DNA of 18,678 bases. Origin: PVC group bacterium (GTDB lineage Bacteria > GCA-001730085 > JADFSZ01). The translations under genes were made by a program, and so were the position numbers. A model generated the notes under the pieces. It made no database searches, was not told the origin of the DNA, and was given only the letters and a program-made list of their open reading frames with translations. Shown piece after piece: positions 1-8,582 of this stretch. Each line of letters starts with the position of its first letter. Position 1 is the first letter of the stretch. Location of the stretch: the NCBI GenBank assembly GCA_022560555.1, contig JADFSZ010000010.1:1-18678 (forward strand), read 5' to 3'.

Positions 1-1151
1 TCCATCCAGCTAATCACATAATCCGTGTAGGCATCACCTGTCACACCGGAATCACGACCCGTAATCAACATTTTCTTTTCGAACTGCCCGCAGATATCCA
101 ACGCTTTTTCCAGTTTGTCCGCGCGTTCCCCAAATCCAATATGTCTAACGAGCATCGCGGCCGCCCGAATCATCGAACATGGATCCGCATATTGAGCTCG
201 ATTTTCTTTGAGCATCCGCGGTGCGGTTCCGTGAATCGCTTCAAACATCGCCCATTTTTTTCCGATGTTCGCGCTTCCGGCCGTACCAACACCGCCCTGC
301 ATTTGGGCCGCTTCATCCGTCAAAATATCCCCATAAAGATTCGGCATGACCATCACACGGAACTGTTTTCGTCTCAGGGGATCAATCAGTTTGGCCGTCA
401 TAATGTCGATATACCATTCATCGTGTTTAATCTTTGGATATTCAGTCCCGATTTTTTTCGCCATCTGTGAAAAACGCCCGTCCGTAGCCTTGACCACATT
501 AGCCTTAGTCACAACGGTCACATAATCAATGTTATTTTTATCCGCGTATTCAAACGCCATCCGGATGATCCGTTCCGAGCCCTGTTCGGTAATGACTTTG
601 AAGTCAATCGACAAATCGTTGGAGACATCGAGGCCCCTTGAACCAAGCACATACGCGCCCTCAGTGTTTTCACGAAAAAAGATCCAATCAATGCCCTCGG
701 CCGGAATCTTAACGGGACGGACATTGGCAAATAAATCGAGTTCTCTACGCATCGCAACATTGGCACTCTCGATATTCGGCCACGGATCTCCTGCCTGCGG
801 AGTTGTCGTGGGACCCTTCAACAAAACATGACACTTTTTGATTGCTGCAAGAACATCATCAGGAATCGCTTTATTGTGTTCCGCACGATTTTCAATCGTT
901 AGTCCATCAATGGCATGAAATGTGACTTTGCCATCTTTAAACTCTTTTTTTAAGATATATTTTAATACGCGCTCAGCATGTTGGGAGATATGTTTTCCGA
1001 TACCGTCTCCGGGACAAATTCCGATTTTGATCGGTTTGATGGATCCGTAATCGATCCAATCGGGCTCTTTTTTCATACGCTCTACACGCGCTAATTGTTC
1101 TTCGACGAGTTTTCCAAAGTGGTCTTTGGCTTTTTCTACAATATCACTCAC
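1..1151 (-). CDS. isocitrate/isopropylmalate dehydrogenase family protein, probably NAD(P)-dependent isocitrate dehydrogenase. 5' part only; the C-terminus runs off the left edge of the window.
   Basis: Absent from the ORF track because no stop codon lies in the window; translated by hand. The product begins VSDIVEKAKDHFGKLVEEQLARVERMKKEPDW...KIGICPGDGIGKHI...LLKGPTTTPQAGDPWPNIESANVAMRRELDLFANVRPVK...FFRENTEGAY...MPNLYGDILTDEAAQMQGGVGTAGSANIG...AMFEAIHGTAP. These are the beta-decarboxylating dehydrogenase signatures. GTG start at 1151 is preceded by AGGTGAAAAAG (Shine-Dalgarno, SD). About 45 aa of N-terminal extension precede the GDGIG motif. Confidence 0.85.
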   Translation of the reverse strand, partial: MSDIVEKAKDHFGKLVEEQLARVERMKKEPDWIDYGSIKPIKIGICPGDGIGKHISQHAERVLKYILKKEFKDGKVTFHAIDGLTIENRAEHNKAIPDDVLAAIKKCHVLLKGPTTTPQAGDPWPNIESANVAMRRELDLFANVRPVKIPAEGIDWIFFRENTEGAYVLGSRGLDVSNDLSIDFKVITEQGSERIIRMAFEYADKNNIDYVTVVTKANVVKATDGRFSQMAKKIGTEYPKIKHDEWYIDIMTAKLIDPLRRKQFRVMVMPNLYGDILTDEAAQMQGGVGTAGSANIGKKWAMFEAIHGTAPRMLKENRAQYADPCSMIRAAAMLVRHIGFGERADKLEKALDICGQFEKKMLITGRDSGVTGDAYTDYVISWM

Positions 1152-1284
1152 TTTTTCACCTATTCGGTATTTTTTTTAAAAAAAGTTATTGTTTGTGCTT
1201 CGAGTCATTCCCAAGGCTCTATATAAATAAGACTTATACTTATATCAGACAAAAGGCTTTTCGTCTAGGAAAGCTTAAAGGCGG

Positions 1285-1866
1285 CTATTGGACAACAGTT
1301 CGGCTACCCGGCTTGGTACAAGCAAGGCCGTCCCGGCACATGGGACAATCGGATTCAGGATAATTCTGAATCTTTAATGAGAGCAAGGTCTTATACGGAA
1401 CACCAAAATCGATTTTGCCTCCCGAACGATCCACAAGAGCTCCTACGCCTGTCACATCACCCCCAAGAGAACCTATTGTTTCAATCACTTCTTTCACAGA
1501 TCCCCCAGTCGTGGTCACATCCTCCACCACAAGAATCTTCTCTCCTTTTTCGATCGTAAATCCTCTTCGAAGCACCATTTGATTATTCACGCGTTCGGTA
1601 AAAATTGCGCGCTTTTTCAAAGCGCGTCCCACAACTTGTGCCACAACTATTCCCCCAAGGGCAGGTCCGACAACACAGTCCACATCAAATTCATTAAGCA
1701 TCTTAGCAAGTTCACCGCACAAAAATTCCGCTTTGTCCGGATACTGCAAAACCAACGCGCACTGCATATAGTGATCACTATGAAGCCCGGAGGTTAATTG
1801 AAAATGTCCTTGAAGGATGGCATGCGATTCCTTAAATACATTTAAATATTTTTCATTCACGCTCAT
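1285..1866 (-). CDS. pyrE: orotate phosphoribosyltransferase
   Basis: 193 aa. PRPP-binding loop ILVVEDVTTTGGS. Short PyrE architecture with a C-terminal CPMC. Last gene of the pyr cluster, starting 1 nt after the pyrF stop. Confidence 0.93.
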   Translation of the reverse strand: MSVNEKYLNVFKESHAILQGHFQLTSGLHSDHYMQCALVLQYPDKAEFLCGELAKMLNEFDVDCVVGPALGGIVVAQVVGRALKKRAIFTERVNNQMVLRRGFTIEKGEKILVVEDVTTTGGSVKEVIETIGSLGGDVTGVGALVDRSGGKIDFGVPYKTLLSLKIQNYPESDCPMCRDGLACTKPGSRTVVQ

Positions 1867-1867
1867 C

Positions 1868-2581
1868 TCAATCCGGCCCTACTTGTTCTAATTCGTTTTT
1901 AATGTCTTGAGCCGCTTTCTTACGATCCCCCGCTTCCAACACCGGCCGTCCCACAACAATAAAATCTGCACCCTGCTCCATAGCTTGCCGCGGCGTCATC
2001 ACGCGTTTCTGATCAGCATGAATAGCCGTCATCGGACGAATACCGGGCACAACAGCCAAAAAATGGTGTCCGCATGTTCGCTTGATCTTTTGGATCTCAT
2101 AACCCGAAGCCACGACACCGGACAATCCACATTCTTGCGCCAGTTTGGCTAACAACTGCACCTGCTCTTTAACACCTCGCTGGACACCAATTCCGGCCAG
2201 TTGATCTTCATCCATACTTGTCAAAACCGTGATCCCGAAAATCAAAGGCTTACGCTCTCCTGAATTTTCCGAAACCGATTTAATCACGCGCCGCATCATT
2301 TCTGTCCCACCGCTTGTGTGAACATCAAACATATAAACATTTTTTCGACACGCTTGCGCGGCGGCCAAAGCCACCGTGTTTGGAATATCATAATACTTGA
2401 GATCCAAAAATACTTCGGAGGCTTCATCATGAATCGCGTCAATTAACGTGGGGCCGCACGAGGTGAACAATTGACTACCAACCTTAAAAATGTCCACGAT
2501 TCCTTTAAGCTCTTTCACGAGTTCCATGGCTTCATTGAACGAATCCACATCCAAAGCTAAAATAAATTTTGTTCTGCTCAT
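1868..2581 (-). CDS. pyrF: orotidine 5'-phosphate decarboxylase
   Basis: 237 aa. Motifs LALDV, FLDLKYYDIPNTV, DVHTSGG and VVGRPV are typical of OMP decarboxylase. The ATG overlaps the upstream stop (ATGA). Confidence 0.93.
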   Translation of the reverse strand: MSRTKFILALDVDSFNEAMELVKELKGIVDIFKVGSQLFTSCGPTLIDAIHDEASEVFLDLKYYDIPNTVALAAAQACRKNVYMFDVHTSGGTEMMRRVIKSVSENSGERKPLIFGITVLTSMDEDQLAGIGVQRGVKEQVQLLAKLAQECGLSGVVASGYEIQKIKRTCGHHFLAVVPGIRPMTAIHADQKRVMTPRQAMEQGADFIVVGRPVLEAGDRKKAAQDIKNELEQVGPD

Positions 2582-4383
2582 GAAGGTGCCTTTTCAAGCG
2601 TGTGACTTAGGCCCACAAGTTTTTCAAATTTATTCACGCGTTCTTTAATCAAATATTCCAACAGATCATCTATGATTGTCATCGCGCGGTTCGGGTGAAT
2701 AAAATTGACTGTCCCTAGAGCTATAACCTTTGAGCCCGCATACACAAATTCAAGCGCGTCAAACAGATTCATGATCCCGCCCATACCCATAATCGGAAGT
2801 TTAGTCGCCTGATACAATTGCCATACCATCCGCACAGCCAAAGGCTTAATCGCCGGCCCCGAAAGGCCACCCATTCCCTGTCCAAGAACCGGCATTGCGG
2901 TCGCAGGATCAATCGCCATTCCCAAAAATGTATTCACAAGACTAAAGCAATCAATCCCGTAATCCTCACAGGCACGCGAAATTTGCGTAATATCAGTCAC
3001 ATTTGGTGATAGTTTTACAATACAAAACAAATTGGTATTTTTTCTGACAACATCCACAACTTTCGCGGCTGTCGAAGGATCCGTCCCAAACTCCATGCAT
3101 CCCTCGTCCATGTTCGGACAGGAAATATTGACCTCTATCGCTTGCACGCCCTCAGCATCATTCAATCGCTTAGCAATTTCGCCATAATCCTCGATCCGCT
3201 CGCCGGATATATTCACAATCACGGCTGTATCATATGAACGAACCTTCGGAAGCATCGTTTTGATAAATTCGTCCACGCCATAATTCTGCAGGCCAATAGT
3301 GTTTAACAGCCCCGCCGGTGTTTCCGCGAGACGTTGCTGACGATTCCCCGTCCGGGAGTGTAGAGTAATCCCTTTAACGGCTATCCCTCCCAAGCGGGAC
3401 AAATCCATGATGTCCTTAAACTCTTCGCCATATCCAAATGTTCCGGAAGCGGTGATAATGGGATTTTTTAAACGCAGTTTTCCTAAATCAACGGTCAAAT
3501 CTGTTTTGAATACGGCTTTCTTTTCACGTACCTGATCAATCAAATTTACACGTTCGCCACGCCAGTCCCATTGAAGTTTATCTCCAAAAAATACCGGGCC
3601 GTCCTTGCAAACTCGTTTAATCCCCTCTTCAGTATTCACCACACAGCTCAAACATGCTCCCAAACCGCAGCCCATTTGTTCTTCGAGACACAGCTGAGAC
3701 GAGATTCCATTATCAAGAGCGATCGTTTGCACTTTTTTAAGCATGACCGTCGGACCACAGGTGTAAATCAAGTCATAGTGTTGGCCATCGTTTAATTCTT
3801 TTTTGAAACAATCTGTGATATAACCTTCGAACCCTTCGGATCCATCCTCAGTCGAATAAAAAACAGGGCACTCCAGCCGTTCAACATCATGACGGCAAAG
3901 CAGATCTTCTTTTCTTCGCCCGCCGATAAAGACAGTCGGTTTCATATTTTTGTGTTGATTTAAAAAATCCGCGAGAAAAATGAGCGGAGGAATCCCGACA
4001 CCGCCCCCGATAAGCGCAATATTTTTTTCTTCGATATTCGCTTCATACTGAAAAGCATTTCCGACAGGGCCCATCACGTCAATCTCATTATCCTCCTTGA
4101 GTTGAGACATTTGCTCAGTACCGCGGCCGACAAGTTTATAAAGGATTTCGAAAATGGTCCCTTTATCCGTTTTTTTGTATTTGTAAATACTAAACGGGCG
4201 TCTTAAGAGAGGATCGTAAACATCCTGAGCACGGCAAAGAATATGAAGGAATTGTCCCGGCAATACAAGATCAAATTTTTCGGATGTCTCGATTACCATC
4301 CAAAAATATTCATCTGTGATAGGTTCGTTCGCACGTATAGCCGCTGCAAAATTTTTCATCATAATTTTCCCGTCATTTATCAT
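2578..4383 (-). CDS. pyrK/pyrD: class 1B dihydroorotate dehydrogenase: electron-transfer subunit (PyrK) fused in frame to the catalytic subunit (PyrD)
   Basis: 601 aa. Residues about 1-274 form the PyrK-like module: ferredoxin-reductase fold (RRPFSIY, GGGVGIPP) and 2Fe-2S cluster motif CGLGACLSC...RVC. Residues about 295-601 form the PyrD module: LKNPIITASGTFGYG, active-site EVNISCPNM, GGLSGPAIKP. No stop or frameshift lies between them. The real start may be the ATG ATG at 4362/4359 (MMKNFAAA...), because the 4383 ATG lies inside a heptamer repeat with no SD. Confidence 0.9.
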   Translation of the reverse strand: MINDGKIMMKNFAAAIRANEPITDEYFWMVIETSEKFDLVLPGQFLHILCRAQDVYDPLLRRPFSIYKYKKTDKGTIFEILYKLVGRGTEQMSQLKEDNEIDVMGPVGNAFQYEANIEEKNIALIGGGVGIPPLIFLADFLNQHKNMKPTVFIGGRRKEDLLCRHDVERLECPVFYSTEDGSEGFEGYITDCFKKELNDGQHYDLIYTCGPTVMLKKVQTIALDNGISSQLCLEEQMGCGLGACLSCVVNTEEGIKRVCKDGPVFFGDKLQWDWRGERVNLIDQVREKKAVFKTDLTVDLGKLRLKNPIITASGTFGYGEEFKDIMDLSRLGGIAVKGITLHSRTGNRQQRLAETPAGLLNTIGLQNYGVDEFIKTMLPKVRSYDTAVIVNISGERIEDYGEIAKRLNDAEGVQAIEVNISCPNMDEGCMEFGTDPSTAAKVVDVVRKNTNLFCIVKLSPNVTDITQISRACEDYGIDCFSLVNTFLGMAIDPATAMPVLGQGMGGLSGPAIKPLAVRMVWQLYQATKLPIMGMGGIMNLFDALEFVYAGSKVIALGTVNFIHPNRAMTIIDDLLEYLIKERVNKFEKLVGLSHTLEKAPS

Positions 4384-4411
4384 TAGTCATTCGTCATTAA
4401 TCAATCGTCAT
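4370..4411 (-). repeat. imperfect 7-nt tandem repeat x6 spanning the pyrC stop and the pyrK/D start
   Basis: Plus strand reads ccgtcat ttatcat tagtcat tcgtcat taatcaa tcgtcat. On the minus strand each unit reads ATGAnnn, so five of the six units carry an ATG, and successive ATGs fall in different frames. Confidence 0.7.
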
Positions 4412-5675
4412 TGATTTGATATGTCCAAATTCCGTTCACCATCGTTCCCACGACTTGACCTTTGAGCGACCATCCAATAAAAGGTGAATTTTTTGATTTA
4501 GATACGATCTCTTCTTTTTTGACGATCCATTCTTTTTCTAAATCAATCAGTGTCAGATGCGCGTCGGCCCCTTTGGCAATCCCCTGGTTTTCAACTCCCA
4601 GGATCCGGCACGGACCGTAACTCATCCGTTCAATAATGGCCTCAAGATCCAAAATCTTTTTGTGATACAAGGTCGTCAAAACAAGCCCCAAAGATGTTTC
4701 TAGTCCGATAATCCCGAACGCGGCCACATTGTATTCAACATCTTTATTGGCCTCAGCATGCGGCGCGTGATCGGTAACAATCGCGTCCAACGTTCCGTCC
4801 TTGAGCCCTTCAATGATGGCTTCTCCGTCTTCGGGCGTGCGTAAAGGCGGATACATTTTGAAATTCGTATTAAAATTCACATCTTTATCAAAAAGTGTCC
4901 AGTAGTGCGGGGCCGACTCTCCCGTCACCGGCAAACCTTCGGCCTTGGCTTGACGGATGATCTCAACACCGCCTTTGGTACTTACATGCGTGATATGCAA
5001 ACGTCCCCCGAAACACTTCACGAGACGGATGTCTCGTTCCATCATACATTCTTCGGCGGCTCTTGGAATTCCGGGAATCCCCAAACGCGTTGAAACCCCG
5101 CCTTCATGCATGGCCCCATGCGCGGACAATAATTCGTCCTCTTCATGCGGCATTAGCGCCTTATTAAACATTTTTGAATATTCAAGCGCTCTTCGCATCA
5201 GGCCGCTATCCATTACACCGGATCCATCGTCCGTAAATCCATAGACACCATTTTCGATTAATTCTCCGAATGGAGCCAATTCTTTTCCGGCACGTTCTTT
5301 GGAAATCGTTCCAACGGGAAACACGCGGCACGCAGATGATTTGGCTTTTTCCAAAATATACCGCACCGTTCCCGCGGAATCAATCGGAGGTGTTGTGTTA
5401 GGCATACAAGCGACACCGGTAAATCCTCCTTTGGCGGCCGCCCGGCATCCGCTGTCAATGGTCTCAGCCCCTTCACAACCCGGTTCGCGTAAATGCACAT
5501 GCATATCAACCAGACCCGGAACAAGAACCCGTCCTTTTCCTTCTACAACATCTCCATCGGTCTGAAGCCCCTTTTTCACATCCGCGATTTTCCCGTCCTT
5601 GACGAGAACATCCATGGTGCCATGGATTTTGTTCTTAGGATCAACAACCGTCACATTTTTTATCAAACATGTCAT
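4401..5675 (-). CDS. pyrC: dihydroorotase
   Basis: 424 aa. Metal-binding DMHVHLREPG and the downstream HITHVST and DHAPH motifs of the amidohydrolase superfamily. The ATG overlaps the pyrB stop (ATGA at 5672-5675). Confidence 0.93.
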   Translation of the reverse strand: MTCLIKNVTVVDPKNKIHGTMDVLVKDGKIADVKKGLQTDGDVVEGKGRVLVPGLVDMHVHLREPGCEGAETIDSGCRAAAKGGFTGVACMPNTTPPIDSAGTVRYILEKAKSSACRVFPVGTISKERAGKELAPFGELIENGVYGFTDDGSGVMDSGLMRRALEYSKMFNKALMPHEEDELLSAHGAMHEGGVSTRLGIPGIPRAAEECMMERDIRLVKCFGGRLHITHVSTKGGVEIIRQAKAEGLPVTGESAPHYWTLFDKDVNFNTNFKMYPPLRTPEDGEAIIEGLKDGTLDAIVTDHAPHAEANKDVEYNVAAFGIIGLETSLGLVLTTLYHKKILDLEAIIERMSYGPCRILGVENQGIAKGADAHLTLIDLEKEWIVKKEEIVSKSKNSPFIGWSLKGQVVGTMVNGIWTYQINDD

Positions 5676-6619
5676 GATTTCATTTTCACCTTTTTTGATG
5701 ATCCCACACTAGAAACAAGATACAGAACCGCCATACGAACTGCAATCCCATTCGTCACCTGATCTAAAATGACCGAATACGGCCCATCCGCTACAGCCGG
5801 ATCAATTTCGACCCCCCTGTTGGCAGGTCCCGGATGCATGATGAGCAGGTCTTTTTTTGCGTTTTTCAACCGTGCTTCACTCACACCGAAAAGCTGAATA
5901 TATTCACGCAGTGTTGGGAAAAAATTTCGATCCTGTCGTTCTCTTTGAATACGTAAAATGTTGATCACATCCGCTTTCGGTATTTCTTCATCTAAATAAT
6001 ACGAAACATTGACTCCCATTTTTTCAATCTCGGCCGGAATAAGCGTTGAAGGACCGACAACCGTCACATCCGCTCCGAGTTTCTTGAGAGTCCAAATATT
6101 GGACCTGGCCACACGGCTATGCGCGATATCCCCCACAATCAAAACTTTGAGTCCTTGAATACGGCCTTTCTTTTCTTTGATCGTATACGCATCCAATAAT
6201 CCCTGTGTCGGATGCTCATGCGGCCCATCCCCGGCGTTGATCACGCTGCAGCTTACACAATCAGCCAAAAGCTGTGCGGACCCGGGCATGGAGTGACGGA
6301 TAATAATCATGTCCACCTTCATAGCTTCGATATTTCTCGCGGTATCCTTCAGGGATTCACCTTTAGAGAGTGAACTGCTGGAGGACACGACATTCAGCAT
6401 ATCCGCGGATAATCGCTTTGCCGCCAACTCAAATGACATGCGTGTCCGCGTGCTTGGTTCGCAGAAAAAATTGACTATAGTTTTACCGCGCAAAGTCGGA
6501 ACTTTTTTGACAGAACGAACGGAAATTTCTTTAAATGAGACCGCCGTTTCAAGGATATATTCGATATCCTCCTTAGAAAGCTGTTCAATCGTGAGCAAAT
6601 GTTTGTGTTTCCATTCCAT
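5672..6619 (-). CDS. pyrB: aspartate carbamoyltransferase catalytic subunit
   Basis: Motifs STRTR, HPTQ and HPGPANRG. The ORF track starts at a GTG (6628). The ATG at 6619 lies 5 nt downstream of AGGTGA (6625-6630), so it is the preferred start. Confidence 0.93.
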   Translation of the reverse strand: MEWKHKHLLTIEQLSKEDIEYILETAVSFKEISVRSVKKVPTLRGKTIVNFFCEPSTRTRMSFELAAKRLSADMLNVVSSSSSLSKGESLKDTARNIEAMKVDMIIIRHSMPGSAQLLADCVSCSVINAGDGPHEHPTQGLLDAYTIKEKKGRIQGLKVLIVGDIAHSRVARSNIWTLKKLGADVTVVGPSTLIPAEIEKMGVNVSYYLDEEIPKADVINILRIQRERQDRNFFPTLREYIQLFGVSEARLKNAKKDLLIMHPGPANRGVEIDPAVADGPYSVILDQVTNGIAVRMAVLYLVSSVGSSKKVKMKS

Positions 6620-6628
6620 AATGATCAC

Positions 6629-7162
6629 CTATTTTTCTATGAGAAAAACTCCATCATCAGCTTCTTCTTTCAGGCGCACATATATCTCTTGTTGGAGAGA
6701 AGTCGGAATATTTTTCCCGACAAAATCCGCTTTGATCGGAAACTCCCGATGCCCCCGATCCACTAGAACTGCCAACTGGATCACTTTAGGCCGCCCAAAA
6801 TCTACAATGGCATCCAGTGCCGCGCGAATGGTGCGGCCGGTAAACAAAACATCATCAACCAAAATAATATCTTTACCGCCAACATCGAAGGGAATATCCG
6901 TTGCCTTAAGCTGCGGATGCCCTTCACCCAATTCGGCAAAATCATCGCGATACAAACTGATATCCAGGATCCCTAAGGGCAATTCTTTTCCTGTAATATC
7001 CTTGAGCACCCCAATCATTCGGGTAGCGAGATGCGCTCCGCCTGTTTGGATACCGATGATTGCGAGATTGTCCACGTCTTCGTTTTGCTCCACAATCTCA
7101 TGCGCCATACGAACAAGGAGCCGCTGGATTCCTTTTTTATCTAAACCATTTATTTGCTTCAT
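6629..7162 (-). CDS. pyrR: bifunctional pyrimidine operon attenuation regulator / uracil phosphoribosyltransferase PyrR
   Basis: 177 aa. PRT-type motif IILVDDVLFTGRT. PyrR length and position as first gene of the pyr operon. A cognate RNA binding loop lies upstream. Confidence 0.93.
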   Translation of the reverse strand: MKQINGLDKKGIQRLLVRMAHEIVEQNEDVDNLAIIGIQTGGAHLATRMIGVLKDITGKELPLGILDISLYRDDFAELGEGHPQLKATDIPFDVGGKDIILVDDVLFTGRTIRAALDAIVDFGRPKVIQLAVLVDRGHREFPIKADFVGKNIPTSLQQEIYVRLKEEADDGVFLIEK

Positions 7163-7183
7163 GTTACCCGCCTATCCATGGGC

Positions 7184-7216
7184 AAAAAAAAACCCCTCGT
7201 CTTTCGACAGGAGCCC
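7184..7216 (-). terminator. intrinsic terminator (attenuator) in the pyrR leader
   Basis: Minus strand reads GGGCTCCTGTC-GAAA-GACGAGGGG followed by T9. This gives a GC-rich stem of about 8 bp (one bulge, some G-U pairs), a GAAA loop and a U9 tract ending 21 nt before the pyrR ATG. Confidence 0.7.
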
Positions 7217-7244
7217 GCTATTGCTGAAAAATCTCATATTTTTG

Positions 7245-7277
7245 ACCTTCCCAGCCTCACAGGACCAGATTAAAGGT
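7245..7277 (-). promoter_or_regulatory. PyrR-binding stem-loop (anti-antiterminator) of the pyr leader RNA
   Basis: Minus strand reads ACCTTTAATCTGGTCCTGTGAGGCTGGGAAGGT. The core UCCUGUGAGGCU differs at 2 positions from the conserved PyrR box UCCAGAGAGGCU, quoted from memory. The flanks ACCUU/AAGGU can close the stem. The element sits about 30 nt upstream of the terminator. Confidence 0.65.
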
Positions 7278-7304
7278 GATGGTTTTTTGCTCTAAGAGTT
7301 CCCC

Positions 7305-7333
7305 TTTTTATCATAGCCATAGACTTTCGTCAA
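7305..7333 (-). promoter_or_regulatory. candidate sigma-70-type promoter for the pyr operon
   Basis: TTGACG (7333-7328), a 17-nt spacer ending in TGA (extended -10-like), then TAAAAA (7310-7305). Located between the hemW stop and the PyrR box. Confidence 0.4.
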
Positions 7334-7369
7334 GAGACGAGTCCGGCAATCCATCTAACAGAATAATCA

Positions 7370-8533
7370 TCAAGGGATTATACCGCAAGAATTTTGGGTA
7401 CGCGCCTCCTTTGAGCTTAGCACCAAACGGGCAAAAATTTCCTCGGCCACCGCGCGCCCTTTCATCGTCATTCGAACATAAGGGTAATACCACTCCATCA
7501 ACTCCATCTCAACCAATTCATCAATCCGTGATTGAACATGCGGCGCGTATTTTTTAAAACGCGATAAAGGAGCTCCATTCTTCAGGCGCAGTCTTAGGAG
7601 AAAAGTTTCCGCTTCCTTTTCAACATCATCAATAACATCTTCATGAATCACATCAAAATCCTTCTTACGGATTTTGGTCATGTAGCTGACATAATCAAGC
7701 GCTCTTTGGAATCGGACCCCCTTGATATAACTGTACGCGGAGGGACCCAAGCCAAGATACTCGCCATTATACCAATAATTTAAGTTGTGCTTTGATTCAT
7801 GCTCCGGCTTGGAAAAACAGGACAGGGCATAATCATTGTATCCATTTTGGCATAAAATATTTTGAACCATGGCCTCCATCTCTAAATGTGTTTCTTCAGA
7901 CGGAAGGTTTAATTTTCCCGCTTTATGCAATCGCTCAAAAGCCGTTCCTTGATCTACAGCCAAATCGTATACAGAAATATGCTCAGGCGAACATCCGCAT
8001 AATTTTTCTAAATCGCTGTTTAATTCAACCAAAGTTTCATCGGGCAGACGAATCATGAGATCCATATTAATGCTTTTAAACTGATATTCCCTTAGCATGC
8101 GAAAAACTTCCACAATGGCTTTCCGGCGATGAATACGCCCCAGGCGTTCCAAATGATGATCATGAAACGTTTGCGCGCCCAAACTGATCCGGTTCACTCC
8201 AAGCTCTTTATAGACTTGTGCCTTTTGGGCATCCACTTCACCCGGGTTGATTTCCATCGTTACTTCCGCGTCCGCCGGCCAGGAAAAAGAACTCCGCAGG
8301 ATCTTAAAAAGCTCTTTTGTCTCATCTACCCGTAACGCGGACGGCGTCCCTCCTCCAATGTAAACCGTGTCAAAGGTCTCAAGGCCATACTGATTTTTGG
8401 CGAATTCGGCCTCGGCTTTGATCGCTCGCAAAAATGATTGATGTTCACTCTCATTTCCCGTCGCCGTTGTCGCAAAATGGCAATACGGGCAATGTTTCTG
8501 GCAAAAAGGAATATGAACATATAAACCAGGCAT
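7370..8533 (-). CDS. hemW: radical SAM heme chaperone HemW (HemN-like, coproporphyrinogen III oxidase family)
   Basis: Contains CQKHCPYCHF: a CxxxCxxC radical-SAM motif with Phe where HemN has a fourth Cys. Also has the HNLNYW motif. The ORF track start at 8557 has no SD. The ATG at 8533 is preceded by AGGAGA (8546-8541), giving MPGLYVHIPFC. Confidence 0.85.
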   Translation of the reverse strand: MPGLYVHIPFCQKHCPYCHFATTATGNESEHQSFLRAIKAEAEFAKNQYGLETFDTVYIGGGTPSALRVDETKELFKILRSSFSWPADAEVTMEINPGEVDAQKAQVYKELGVNRISLGAQTFHDHHLERLGRIHRRKAIVEVFRMLREYQFKSINMDLMIRLPDETLVELNSDLEKLCGCSPEHISVYDLAVDQGTAFERLHKAGKLNLPSEETHLEMEAMVQNILCQNGYNDYALSCFSKPEHESKHNLNYWYNGEYLGLGPSAYSYIKGVRFQRALDYVSYMTKIRKKDFDVIHEDVIDDVEKEAETFLLRLRLKNGAPLSRFKKYAPHVQSRIDELVEMELMEWYYPYVRMTMKGRAVAEEIFARLVLSSKEARTQNSCGIIP

Positions 8534-8582
8534 AGAAACTTCTCCTAAATTTGGCATGTCTCACTCGTCAATTGTCATTAAC

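Noticed and set aside
141-831. Track ORFs 141-470 (+), 529-831 (+) and 518-766 (-)
   Set aside because: All overlap the hand-translated dehydrogenase frame (1-1151, minus strand), which has strong family signatures. The track omitted that frame only because its stop codon lies outside the window.
1170-1184. Perfect T8A7 palindrome upstream of the dehydrogenase gene, considered as a terminator or regulatory hairpin
   Set aside because: It is A/T only, so any hairpin would be too unstable to act as an intrinsic terminator. It is more likely AT-rich promoter or UP-element-like or curved DNA. No specific call can be supported.
1247-1266. Hairpin AGACGAAA-AGCC-TTTTGTCT just after the pyrE stop, considered as the pyr operon terminator
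   Set aside because: The stem is 8 bp, AU-rich and includes a G-U pair. It is not followed by a U tract (the next bases are GATATAAG). That is too weak to annotate as a terminator, so pyr-to-dehydrogenase read-through cannot be excluded.
6309-7295. 328-aa plus-strand ORF, the longest plus-strand ORF in the track
   Set aside because: It lies entirely antisense to pyrB and pyrR, whose translations carry unambiguous family motifs. Its own product is low-complexity (Ser/Arg/Pro-rich) with no recognisable domain. It is a typical shadow ORF.
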